Of a stretch of DNA of 32,468 bases, positions 9,641 through 18,567 are shown piece after piece (position 1 is the stretch's first letter; each line of letters opens with the position of its first letter). Location of the stretch: contig JBGAJQ010000061.1 of the NCBI GenBank assembly GCA_044224875.1, positions 1 through 32,468 on the forward strand. Direction: 5' to 3'. Both the position numbers and the translations under genes were made by a program. Origin of the DNA: Gemmatimonadaceae bacterium. Its GTDB lineage: Bacteria; Gemmatimonadota; Gemmatimonadetes; Gemmatimonadales; Gemmatimonadaceae. A model generated the notes under the pieces. That model was not told the DNA's origin. It saw only the letters and a program-made list of their open reading frames with translations, and ran no database searches.

Positions 9641-9946
9641 TCAGCGCCGCCACGGCGGAAGCTGACCCGCCTTCTTGTGAAGTTCCGGATTGTGGCGATA
9701 GAGCGTGAAGGTGCGGCCAATCACCTGGACGACCTCGGCCCGGACGCGCGGCGCGAGTTCAGCGGCCGCCGTCTTCGCCTTGAGGTCGCCGCCCTTCGCG
9801 ACCTGACACTTCACCAGTTCATGGGTGCGCAACACATCGTCTAGTGACTGCGCGACGGCGTCCGTGATTCCCGCGTGACCCACGTGGAGTCCGGGCTTCA
9901 GGTGGTGCGCCTCTGCGCGCAGGTCGGCGCGCTCACTTCCTTTCAT
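9641..9946 (-). CDS. yhbY: YhbY/CRM-domain RNA-binding protein
   Basis: LRAEAHHLKP...VGHAGIT...HELVK...VVQVIGRTFTLYR. Confidence 0.9.
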   Translation of the reverse strand: MKGSERADLRAEAHHLKPGLHVGHAGITDAVAQSLDDVLRTHELVKCQVAKGGDLKAKTAAAELAPRVRAEVVQVIGRTFTLYRHNPELHKKAGQLPPWRR

Positions 9947-10575
9947 GGAGTTCGCCTCGCTCCACGCCGTTCTAAGTAGGCGTGAGGGTTTATCGGTTCG
10001 CCGTCCCAGTACTTGCCGTCGTGTCGGAAGCGCATGACCTGAAAGTGCAGGTGTGGCACGTTGGGCGGCGCGTTCCCCGTTGTGCCAACATAGCCGATCA
10101 CATCGCCGGCTTCGAGGGCGTCCCCTTCGGCTAGTCCTTCGCGGTAGCGATCGAGGTGCGCGTAGTAGTAGATGAACTGCTCGCCTTGGTCCGTGGCGTA
10201 GATCGTGATTCCGCCACTCGCGTTTGAGCGCAGGCGATAGATCCGCCCGGCGTCCGCTGAAAGCACGGGTGTGCCCCGGGGAGCAAGAATGTCGAGGGCG
10301 CGATGTGTCCCGGCCGCTCGTGGGGCGTTGTAGGTGTCGGGCACCTTGTCTGGTGTCACTCCGTCCACGGGCACCATGAGATGCTTGGCACCCAGGGTGG
10401 ACGCGAGGTCGTCCTCGCCGGGCGACAGAGTGGGCGAGCTGGCGGCGGCGATGTCGTCGTTCGGCCCTCGATTTGGCGAGGGTTCAGGCCGAACCGGAGC
10501 GTGGCGACATCCAGCGATCATCAGGACGGACATCAGGATGCGCCTTGTGAACCGGATAGGGTGGACTGCCGGCAC
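9943..10575 (-). CDS. M23 family metallopeptidase, probable lipoprotein
   Basis: Motifs HRALD (HxxxD), YYYAHL, GYVGTTGNA and PHLHF, plus the lipobox-like IAGC. The start is uncertain (GTG 10575 chosen). Confidence 0.88.
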   Translation of the reverse strand: MPAVHPIRFTRRILMSVLMIAGCRHAPVRPEPSPNRGPNDDIAAASSPTLSPGEDDLASTLGAKHLMVPVDGVTPDKVPDTYNAPRAAGTHRALDILAPRGTPVLSADAGRIYRLRSNASGGITIYATDQGEQFIYYYAHLDRYREGLAEGDALEAGDVIGYVGTTGNAPPNVPHLHFQVMRFRHDGKYWDGEPINPHAYLERRGARRTP

Positions 10576-10678
10576 AATGAGGGCAATTGGCGGGGACGCG
10601 GAGCCACGGCACGAGGGCTGCGATAGGGGGTCATCGCTTCGAGCTCGCCGACTCAACTTGCTACGCCGGAGAAAGCAC

Positions 10679-11152
10679 ATGTCGCGAATGTTGTCATTCA
10701 GGTTTGTCCGAATGATGTCCGTCGTGGGGACCCTATTCGTCGCCGGGTGCGGAATCGTCGACCCCTTACAACGCGAATCAAACGACCTTTCATACTACTG
10801 GGAGCGTTGGATCAGCGCCGGCTACACCAGCTACGACTACATCATCATCCATGACTGCTTCTGTGTGACGGGAGGCATTCCGGTCGAGGTTTCTGTCCGG
10901 GGCGATCGCGTGGTGGCCGTGCGATATGCGGACACCGGCACGCCGCTAGTCACCGACCTGGCGCTCCAATACCGGGACGTTGACGGGCTGTTCCAACTGA
11001 TCGATGACGCGCTCACCCGGAATGCGTACTCGATCGATGCCGCGTACAACGCGACCTACGGCTTCCCGCGCGATGTGTTCATCGATTACCAGCGCAATGC
11101 GGTGGACGAGGAATTTGGATTTCGGGTGGTGGCCTTCTACCCCATACGTTAG
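10679..11152 (+). CDS. Hypothetical lipoprotein, DUF6174-like
   Basis: Lipobox VAGC, then SYDY...CFC, VDGLFQLI, Y...YGFP and DEEF. GGAG lies upstream of ATG 10679. Confidence 0.72.
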   Translation: MSRMLSFRFVRMMSVVGTLFVAGCGIVDPLQRESNDLSYYWERWISAGYTSYDYIIIHDCFCVTGGIPVEVSVRGDRVVAVRYADTGTPLVTDLALQYRDVDGLFQLIDDALTRNAYSIDAAYNATYGFPRDVFIDYQRNAVDEEFGFRVVAFYPIR

Positions 11153-12181
11153 GCGACTGACCACCCGAGGACTGATAGGACGGCACGCGCGGGCACGTTC
11201 CAGCCGGTTATCCACCCACTTGAGGACCACATGGGCACCGCCGCGCGTGGTGTATCCGCGCCCGCCCACGTCGTCGACGCCATTGCCATCGACGTCGAAA
11301 GCGTCCAGCAGGTCGTGTGCACGCAGTCGCAGGTCCTTGACCGGCACGGTGCGGACGGCGCCACCCGTGGTCAGTACGACGACTCGTTCGCGCACCCACT
11401 CGTAGTCCCCTCCATACAAGGCCACCGCCACCATCGCGTTGGCGTCGGGGAAGCAACCGCGCAACATCGTGCGCCGGATACGGAGCGACTTGACCAGCCG
11501 GGGATACACTGGCTGCTCGCCGGCACGAAGGCCGCGTTCGAGCGAATCGCGCACGGCCAGCGCGCGTTGTCGCAACTCGGCCGTCCATTCGCGGTCGCAC
11601 GAGGAAACGTTAGGCGGCGCACCTGTCCCGGAGCGCTGGGCGAGTACCACCGCGGAGTCGCTTGCCTGAACGGCAGAGTCGATCGCTGGCCCGCCTCGAA
11701 GCACACCGACGATGCGCCCAGCGTACGCATCGAATTCCGCGATGTTGGCGTCACCAATTCCCCACGGGCCTGCCACCCGGACGACCGACCCACTGTCAAA
11801 GGGCGTGCGTGCCGAAACCGCCCTTCGGAAGGCCGCTAACCGCTCGGGGCTCTTTGTCACGTTGTCGTCCACGCGACCGAGGTCGATCAGGAGGCGGCCC
11901 TTGCGAACGGCGGCGACAAAATCGGATTGGGTCGTCGGCGCGAACACCAGTCGCCCGGCGATGGTGTCCGCTACGGGATCCAGGTTTTCCAACGGTGCCG
12001 GAACGACATTCTGCTTTGGCGGCGGAGCGGCGGCGGCGCTGTCTCGCGCGCTGTCAGCGGCCAGAGCGGCGCCGTCACCTCCGGTTCCCCAGCAGCCGGA
12101 CACGGCCGCGCAAAACGCAGCCACAAGGAAACGGAGTCCGCGGGCCTGATTGGCGGCGCTGGTACTACGCGGTAAGATCAC
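10946..12181 (-). CDS. Hypothetical lipoprotein with a DxDGNGxDD calcium-binding-like loop; 3' end anomalous
   Basis: Hydrophobic signal ending in VSGC, Ala/Pro linker and DAFDVDGNGVDDV. The start is GTG 12181 or ATG 12187. The last ~70 codons overlap the convergent gene. Confidence 0.6.
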   Translation of the reverse strand: MILPRSTSAANQARGLRFLVAAFCAAVSGCWGTGGDGAALAADSARDSAAAAPPPKQNVVPAPLENLDPVADTIAGRLVFAPTTQSDFVAAVRKGRLLIDLGRVDDNVTKSPERLAAFRRAVSARTPFDSGSVVRVAGPWGIGDANIAEFDAYAGRIVGVLRGGPAIDSAVQASDSAVVLAQRSGTGAPPNVSSCDREWTAELRQRALAVRDSLERGLRAGEQPVYPRLVKSLRIRRTMLRGCFPDANAMVAVALYGGDYEWVRERVVVLTTGGAVRTVPVKDLRLRAHDLLDAFDVDGNGVDDVGGRGYTTRGGAHVVLKWVDNRLERARACRPISPRVVSRLTYGVEGHHPKSKFLVHRIALVIDEHIAREAVGRVVRGIDRVRIPGERVIDQLEQPVNVPVLERQVGD

Positions 12182-12194
12182 GCGCATGAACTTA
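12173..12194. promoter_or_regulatory. Candidate pair of interlocked divergent leaderless promoters
   Basis: Plus strand: TAAGAT-7nt-ATG(12186). Minus strand: TAAGTT-7nt-GTG(12181). Confidence 0.55.
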
Positions 12195-13202
12195 TCGCAG
12201 GAATGGCCTGTCTCAAACGTCCCGACAACAGGCGAGGATGGCGTCGCCTATCAGAAGGGCGCTACGGTGGCTGAACTCGTCGCACTCGTTCGGTCGCCAG
12301 GCGCGCGCCCACTCGCTGGTGGAACCGACCTGCTGCCTTCGATTCGCGAACGCGTCGTCGGAGCCAGCACTTTGGTTGACGTGTGCCGAGCGCCGGAGTT
12401 GGAGGGGCTGACCTGGAGCAATGACGGATCAGTGGTGATCGGGGCGGCGACCACGCTCGCAGCCATCGAGCGCGACGAGCGTTTGCGTCAGGCATACCCC
12501 GCCCTCTCGCAAGCGTGTGCCGCTGTCGCGAGCCCGGCGATTCGCAATGCGGGAACCGTGGGGGGCAACCTTTGTCAGCGGCCGCGTTGCTGGTATTTCC
12601 GGCAACGCCTCCCGTGCCACAAGCATGGCGGATCGTTCTGCTATGCCCACGATGGCGAGAACGAGTATCACGCCATTTTCGGAGGGGGTCCTTGCTACAT
12701 CGTGCACCCGTCGGACCTGGCGGTGGCATTGATGGCGCTGGACGCGACGATCGTCATTGCGAATTCCGCCGGCGACCGGCGGGTCCCGATCGACGAGTTC
12801 TTCGTGCTGCCATCGCAACGCATTGACCTCGAGCACGTGCTGCAAGCAGGAGAACTGATACGGGCGATTGAGCTGCCGGCACATGCGGCGTTCGGCCGTC
12901 AGCGGTTCGAGAAGGTGATGCAGCGGGCGGCGTGGGACTTTGCGGTCGTTTCGATCGCGGCCGCTCGCTGGCCGGACGACCGCATCCGGCTCGTCCTTGG
13001 TGGCGTGGCACCCGTGCCGTGGCGCATCCGTTCGTCGATTGAGGAAGACGTGGCGTCAGGCGCCTTGTCTGCCGATGACGTCGACACCCTGGCAGAACGG
13101 GCCATGTACGACGCACAACCTCTGGCTAAGAACGGATACAAGGTGGACATCGCGATCGCGTTGTTGCGACGCGCCATCACGGAACTCTCCTCAAGCGTAT
13201 GA
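12186..13202 (+). CDS. Xanthine dehydrogenase family FAD-binding subunit with 4Fe-4S insert (PaoB/YagS-like)
   Basis: Motifs PLAGGTDLL, ASPAIRNAGTVGGNLCQRPRCWYFR, a four-Cys insert, HPSDLAVAL, LGGVAPVPWR and NGYK. Confidence 0.92.
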   Translation: MNLSQEWPVSNVPTTGEDGVAYQKGATVAELVALVRSPGARPLAGGTDLLPSIRERVVGASTLVDVCRAPELEGLTWSNDGSVVIGAATTLAAIERDERLRQAYPALSQACAAVASPAIRNAGTVGGNLCQRPRCWYFRQRLPCHKHGGSFCYAHDGENEYHAIFGGGPCYIVHPSDLAVALMALDATIVIANSAGDRRVPIDEFFVLPSQRIDLEHVLQAGELIRAIELPAHAAFGRQRFEKVMQRAAWDFAVVSIAAARWPDDRIRLVLGGVAPVPWRIRSSIEEDVASGALSADDVDTLAERAMYDAQPLAKNGYKVDIAIALLRRAITELSSSV

Positions 13203-14299
13203 CGACGTATCGCGCCGCCGTTATCCCCGCCCCGCACCAGGCGATCGAGATTCGGGAATTCCCAGCACCGCGACTCGAGCCGGGGAGTGCCTTGCTCCAT
13301 GTGCTGTACTCAGAGGTCTGCGGCACTGACGTACATCTCCACCACGGCAAGTTGTCTGGCGTGCCCTATCCACTCATACCCGGTCACGTATCGGTGGGGC
13401 GCATCATGGAGTTGCCCTCACCGCTGTTCGGAGTAGACGGACGACCGTTTCGGGTTGGAGACGTCGTCACCTTTCTGGACGTTCACGGAACGTGCGGCAA
13501 TTGCTACCACTGCCTGGTGACGAAGCAGACGACGCGATGTCCGCATCGACGCGTGTATGGCATCAGCTACGGTGTCGCCGATGGGCTGCTGGGTGGTTGG
13601 TCGGAAGCGCTGTGGATGAAGCCCGGCGTGAAGATGTTGCATCTGCCGGACGATCTCGCCCCGGAGGACTTCATCGGAGGGGGGTGCGGTCTGGTCACAT
13701 CCGCCCATGCCGTGGAACGTGCGGGCGTGCGGCTGGGTGCGACGGTCGCTGTGCTGGGTGTTGGCCCGGTGGGTCAGTCGGCGATCGCCCTTTCGGCGTT
13801 GTCCGGAGCCGAACGGGTCATTGCAATCGGCGATCCGGCGACGCGACTGGAATACGCCAGACGTATGGGGGCAACCGACGTCCTTGGTCTCGACATGCCT
13901 GCCGCTGAACGCACGGCCACCGTCGCGCGACTGACGGGTGGCCACGGCGTGGACGTGGTGATCGAGGCGTCAGGCGCTCCCGAGGCGGTGTCACAGGGGC
14001 TCGATATGGTTCGCGATGGCGGGCGCGTGGTGATCGCCGGCCACTACACGGACAACGGCGACGTTCGTATTCACCCGCACCACCAGATCAACCGCAAGCA
14101 CGTGGAGCTCGTCGGGTGCTGGGGTTGCGACTTTTCGCATTTCCACAAGGCGGTTCGCTATGCCGCCCGCTTCGGGGACCGCGTGCCTTGGCGAGAGATG
14201 GTGAGCGCGCGCTTCACGCTCGACGACGCCGCACAGGCGTTGGCAGCGATCGAGCGTCGTGAACTGACGAAGGCGATCATCGTGCCGCGTTCCGCCTGA
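13199..14299 (+). CDS. Zinc-dependent medium-chain alcohol dehydrogenase
   Basis: Motifs VCGTD, PGH, CGNCYHC...C (structural Zn) and GVGPVG (Rossmann). It overlaps the FAD-subunit stop (ATGA). Confidence 0.92.
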   Translation: MTTYRAAVIPAPHQAIEIREFPAPRLEPGSALLHVLYSEVCGTDVHLHHGKLSGVPYPLIPGHVSVGRIMELPSPLFGVDGRPFRVGDVVTFLDVHGTCGNCYHCLVTKQTTRCPHRRVYGISYGVADGLLGGWSEALWMKPGVKMLHLPDDLAPEDFIGGGCGLVTSAHAVERAGVRLGATVAVLGVGPVGQSAIALSALSGAERVIAIGDPATRLEYARRMGATDVLGLDMPAAERTATVARLTGGHGVDVVIEASGAPEAVSQGLDMVRDGGRVVIAGHYTDNGDVRIHPHHQINRKHVELVGCWGCDFSHFHKAVRYAARFGDRVPWREMVSARFTLDDAAQALAAIERRELTKAIIVPRSA

Positions 14300-14315
14300 C
14301 GAGTCCCGACGGACG

Positions 14316-14582
14316 TTAACCCGAGCGGCGCACTCGGCCCGTTGCGAGCAGGCCCACGGCGTCGCGTGCGTCCACACGCAGCACGGCGCGTGGCAGGAAG
14401 TGATACTGGCGTCCGGTCGCGGTGCCACGCGCCATGAACGTGTTCAAGCTCCGTGACACCAGCCCTACCATTGGCGCGTCCGCAGCGAACCGCCGACCTT
14501 CACGCTGGTCCTGCGGCGGCGTTGTTGGTGCTGCCGACAACTGCGCCGACAAGGCGGTTCGCCGGCTCCCACAATTACACAT
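14316..14582 (-). CDS. Small hypothetical protein (88 aa) starting MCNCG
   Basis: Purine-rich RBS (GAGGAAAGGA). The ATG overlaps the end of the DUF1360 gene (GATGTGTAA). C-terminal TGRQYHF...VDARDA. Confidence 0.7.
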   Translation of the reverse strand: MCNCGSRRTALSAQLSAAPTTPPQDQREGRRFAADAPMVGLVSRSLNTFMARGTATGRQYHFLPRAVLRVDARDAVGLLATGRVRRSG

Positions 14583-14934
14583 CGGTCCTTTCCTCCTCAA
14601 CCAAGACGTCTTGCGTGCGCGCGACGCGCTCGCGCGTATCCCACCAGCGTTCAACCAGGCACGCCCCTGCCGACAACGCCAACCACCAGAGCCCACGCCT
14701 GCCCCATGTGTCACCAAACCACGCGCCAACTGGCGCGGCCACCCACAGACTGACGCAGTACGGGCAATCCATCAGGCGCCCAACCACTCCTGACCCCGCC
14801 TTGGCCCGCAACTTCAACACGAGATCCCACGGTCCCTCTTCTCGCGCAATGAGGTGCGATACCCGCCACGTGGCCAGTGCGCCTAACGCGAACTCGAACC
14901 ACTGTGGTGAAGACACTGGCAAAGACTCGAACAT
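14575..14934 (-). CDS. DUF1360-family membrane protein with CxxC motif
   Basis: ALATWRVSHLIAREEGP...LMDCPYCVSLWVAA, with 2-3 hydrophobic segments. Confidence 0.8.
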   Translation of the reverse strand: MFESLPVSSPQWFEFALGALATWRVSHLIAREEGPWDLVLKLRAKAGSGVVGRLMDCPYCVSLWVAAPVGAWFGDTWGRRGLWWLALSAGACLVERWWDTRERVARTQDVLVEEERTDV

Positions 14935-15015
14935 TGGCGAAGCGGGCAGACCGACGCGGACGCCAAGACGTCATGGGCTGCCGCTGGCATCTCCTCGCGA
15001 CTCACAGTGCCGCCT

Positions 15016-16965
15016 TTAGGCATGAATAGCAACCGGGATGGTCGGGGAGACATAGATTGGTGAAGCTGAGCTCGCTGGCTGCGTTCCCGCTGCATCGTCC
15101 CCATCCCCACCGTCGGACCAACGACTCGATGCATACACGTTGAACGAGTACGCGCCTTCGGCGGACCCACCGTCCAGCTGAAACCTGCCGCGCAGGGTGG
15201 CGGCGGAGTCGGTGGCCGTCATGTACCAGTGCGACGTGTGGTTCTCCTCGTCTGCCGCGAGGACAAAGTCGCACTCGCCACAACCGCTGGCACCGAGTGA
15301 GGCGTATCGGAAATGGGCGGGTGACGCTCCGACGCGAAAGAGGATCTGGATCGGCTCCGTGGCCCCGTTGCGTCGTATCGCGGGGCAAGGGACAAGCAGG
15401 TCGCGCGATGGCGCGTCGAACATGTCGTCTGATTCCGATACGAACTTCCAGGCAAGCTGGTGATAGAGCACCTGCGGCTCGGCGTCGTCGAACTCGACCA
15501 CGCGCGACGACTGCCCGAGCAGTCGCTTGTCGGCATCGGCGCATTCGAGCCGCACGAGATGGCGGCCCAGTCCGGCCTGCGGCCATTCCAGGAGCAACGT
15601 GCCTGGGAACCAGTGGTCGGCGGCAGACGGAATCGGATACCAGCCATCGGCATCGGAGGCGGTCCATTGCACCTGCAGCTCACCGGCGACGGATCGATAG
15701 ACGGGCCAGGAGAGACCGAGGAAGGGATCGAAGGTGGTGCCGTGGGTATTGGACCGGAGGACGCGGTAGTAGGACGCGCCAGGGAGGCGCACGTCGCCAT
15801 ACAGCTGCAACGTCCCGGCAAATGGAGCGGCGGCATCGATGTCGAATGCCGCACCGCGATCCATCGGACTCGCGTGATGAGGGTTCGGCCGGGCGTTGTA
15901 GCCCGACGCGATGTCGATGTACGGCGGCGTAGTGCCTCCTTGCTGGATCTTTGGTGCCAATCCCACGATCCGCGGCCGTGGTTGTAGAACGAAGGGGAGT
16001 TGTGGAGCGGGTGTTGACGCGAGCTCCGAATCGTCGGGACGATGCGTCGCGACAAGGGTGAGATCTGGCAACGACCAGGTGTTCCATTGCACGTCGAAGG
16101 TCGCGCCACCGTAGCGCAACTCGCCGTCCTCGCTCACACGGAAGGTGATGTCCGGCACGTCCGTCAGTAGCAACCATTCGGGCACCTGCTCGCTGGCCGG
16201 GCGTTCGAACGGGCCGGCCTGCTTCGCCAGGTCGAACCCGTCCAGCCGTGTCTCCGACACATCCAGCGCCTCGGCCAGCATGGCACGAGCGCCGGCGGTG
16301 TCCCCACGTAAACGCGCGAGCGCAGGCGGCAGAGGAGCGGGCAGTTCTGCCTGACGGTGGCGACGCACCGAGGCGACCGTCCGAGGCACTCGCCACGTGC
16401 GGCGCGCGGCACGCGCCGCGGCAAGGACTCCTTCAACATCCAGTGCGTGTGGCGCGCCATTCCCCTGGGCCAGCGCCTGCTGGTTCGCCGATGCGCGGCG
16501 GAACAGGTCGCCGTGGCGCCAACGGTCATAACGCCAACGTTGGATCCAATCGATGTCGAAGCGCGGCACGGAGATCGAAAAGCGCCCGTCCCTGTCCGTT
16601 GTTGCGCGTTCGATTTCCTCGCGCCGACAGGACAACGGAAAGTACCACGCCCACGGCCACGACTTCGGAAAGAACGCCACCAGCTGACACTCGGTATCCT
16701 CCAAGTGCACGGTGGCATTGGGCACGGGGATATCGCGCCCCGAAGCCGAGTCCACTCGCACCACCCGCCCAGAGAGCGTCACGCTCTCCAAGAGGTCGGG
16801 ATCGATCGCCGACGGCAGCGATCGGCTAAGAGAACCCAGCGACTCGCCGATCAAGCGTCGCGTGCTCACCCCCGTCAATCGGCTCAGGCGCGATGCCTGA
16901 AACGTCGCCAGCTTGCGTTCCGCTGGCGACTCTGGCGAGCCGGTGTACGTGGTGGTGGCAGTCAT
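15016..16965 (-). CDS. Large hypothetical protein (~649 aa) with an N-terminal carboxypeptidase-regulatory/transthyretin-like beta-sandwich
   Basis: LSGRVVR...PVPNATVHLED...ATTDRDGRFSI and PDITFRV. The C-terminal half is aromatic and beta-rich. No signal peptide seen. ATG 16965 is preferred over the longer open frame. Confidence 0.72.
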   Translation of the reverse strand: MTATTTYTGSPESPAERKLATFQASRLSRLTGVSTRRLIGESLGSLSRSLPSAIDPDLLESVTLSGRVVRVDSASGRDIPVPNATVHLEDTECQLVAFFPKSWPWAWYFPLSCRREEIERATTDRDGRFSISVPRFDIDWIQRWRYDRWRHGDLFRRASANQQALAQGNGAPHALDVEGVLAAARAARRTWRVPRTVASVRRHRQAELPAPLPPALARLRGDTAGARAMLAEALDVSETRLDGFDLAKQAGPFERPASEQVPEWLLLTDVPDITFRVSEDGELRYGGATFDVQWNTWSLPDLTLVATHRPDDSELASTPAPQLPFVLQPRPRIVGLAPKIQQGGTTPPYIDIASGYNARPNPHHASPMDRGAAFDIDAAAPFAGTLQLYGDVRLPGASYYRVLRSNTHGTTFDPFLGLSWPVYRSVAGELQVQWTASDADGWYPIPSAADHWFPGTLLLEWPQAGLGRHLVRLECADADKRLLGQSSRVVEFDDAEPQVLYHQLAWKFVSESDDMFDAPSRDLLVPCPAIRRNGATEPIQILFRVGASPAHFRYASLGASGCGECDFVLAADEENHTSHWYMTATDSAATLRGRFQLDGGSAEGAYSFNVYASSRWSDGGDGDDAAGTQPASSASPIYVSPTIPVAIHA

Positions 16966-17340
16966 GAGCGATTGACACAATCTGTGTTGTTGCAGCTGAA
17001 TCACCGTCCGGCCCCTTCGCGCACGCCGCCGCGCGATCAGAGAGGCGCTGGCGATGAACGCATGCCGCGACACTCGGCGGGCGGGTACGCAGTTTCCTCC
17101 CCACAACCCTGTATTCCCCTCTGCGTCCCGCACAGCGCCGGTGCCTGTGCCAGTACTTTCGTCAATTCGCGCGGCGCTGAACACTCGGGGAACTACGTGT
17201 CCTTCAGAACGCGCAATTCGCGGACGAAGAGCGACATCAGGAGTCCTGGACGGAGATCATCCGGAAACTCTACCGCGCGTCTCGCTCGCCTGATGCGCTC
17301 GCCGCAGGTAAATTCGGCGGCCAACTCGCCTGAGGTTCAC

Positions 17341-18486
17341 ATGCGATGTTTTCCCTTCTTTTTCCTAGCGGGCCTTGCGGCGTGTCAGGCGACACCGCGG
17401 GAGCGATGGCCGATGCCTGAGTGGTCCCACGCGCGTGCGGCGCAAATAGGACTCGACTCGGTAAAGCTGGCGGCGCTGGACAAGGATTTCGCCGACGGCA
17501 AGTACGGTTTCGTCGACGCGATGTTCGTGTCCCGCCGAGGTGAAGTGGTCTACGAGGCGGCCTACCCGCACGACTATCGCGCCACGTACGGCGGCAGAAG
17601 CAACGTGCCCGGTGAGTACAACTATTACGACGCCGATTGGCACCCGTTCTACAAGGGCTCTCGGTTGCACACGATGCAGTCGGTGTCCAAGAGCGTCACC
17701 TCGCTGGTATTCGGCGTGGCCATGCAGCGAGGGGACCTAACGACGATCGATACGACGGTTCTCTCGTTCTTCGACACCACCAAGGTGCGGAACATCGACG
17801 ACCGTAAGCGGCGGATGACGGTCCGACACCTCATGACCATGACCGCCGGATTCGAATGGGACGAAAGCACGACAGAGTACACGGACCCGAAGAACAACTG
17901 CGCCGCCATGGAAAAGAGCCAGGACTGGGTGCAGTACGTCATTGACCGCCCGATGGCGGCAGAGCCAGGGACGACGTGGGTGTACAACAGCGGCGCCACG
18001 GAATTGTTGGCGCACATCTTCCAGAAGGCGACGGGACAAGACCTGGCGCAATATGCCGAGAAGTACCTGTTCGCACCCTTGGGCATAGCCGTCTACTACT
18101 GGAAGCGCACACCGTTAGGCATTCCAGATACGGAAGGCGGCCTTTACCTCGTTCCAGAGGACCTGGCCAAGCTCGGCCTCCTCGCCTTGCGTGCCGGCCA
18201 GTGGGAGTCCAAGCAGATCGTCTCGGCCGCGTGGCTCACGCAATCCATGAAGCCGGCCATCGCCGCTGGCGAGCGTGCGAAGTACGGGCTCAAGTGGTGG
18301 CTCTTTCCGTACGGTGCCGAAAAGGACCAGCTCGCCTGGGTGGGGAACGGCTATGGAGGCCAGAGGCTGATCGTGCTCCCACGCGAGGAGATCGTCGCGG
18401 TCTTCACCGGGTGGAACATCGACGAACATCCACCCCTTCCGATTGCCGAGATGATCGACCGGCTTACCGACGCAGTGCGCCACTAA
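17341..18486 (+). CDS. Serine hydrolase, beta-lactamase family (NylB/class C-like), probable lipoprotein
   Basis: Lipobox-like LAAC, SVSK (SxxK), HLMTMTAG, YNS, EGGL and GYGGQ. GAGG lies upstream of the start. Confidence 0.9.
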   Translation: MRCFPFFFLAGLAACQATPRERWPMPEWSHARAAQIGLDSVKLAALDKDFADGKYGFVDAMFVSRRGEVVYEAAYPHDYRATYGGRSNVPGEYNYYDADWHPFYKGSRLHTMQSVSKSVTSLVFGVAMQRGDLTTIDTTVLSFFDTTKVRNIDDRKRRMTVRHLMTMTAGFEWDESTTEYTDPKNNCAAMEKSQDWVQYVIDRPMAAEPGTTWVYNSGATELLAHIFQKATGQDLAQYAEKYLFAPLGIAVYYWKRTPLGIPDTEGGLYLVPEDLAKLGLLALRAGQWESKQIVSAAWLTQSMKPAIAAGERAKYGLKWWLFPYGAEKDQLAWVGNGYGGQRLIVLPREEIVAVFTGWNIDEHPPLPIAEMIDRLTDAVRH

Positions 18487-18539
18487 GCACTGGCCCGGGA
18501 AGGGTTGACGGCGCACCAAGGAATTCTCACACACTTTTG

Positions 18540-18567
18540 TTGAACTATTTGAACTAGCGGCTAGCTT
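18540..18567 (+). promoter_or_regulatory. Candidate leaderless sufR/suf promoter with overlapping direct repeat
   Basis: TTGAAC-16nt-TAGCTT-7nt-ATG. TTGAACTA occurs at 18540 and 18549 in an AT-rich patch. Confidence 0.55.

Noticed and set aside
16357..17340. N-terminal extension making the serine hydrolase 709 aa
   Set aside because: Much of it is antisense to the large hypothetical gene. An RBS and a lipoprotein signal mark ATG 17341.
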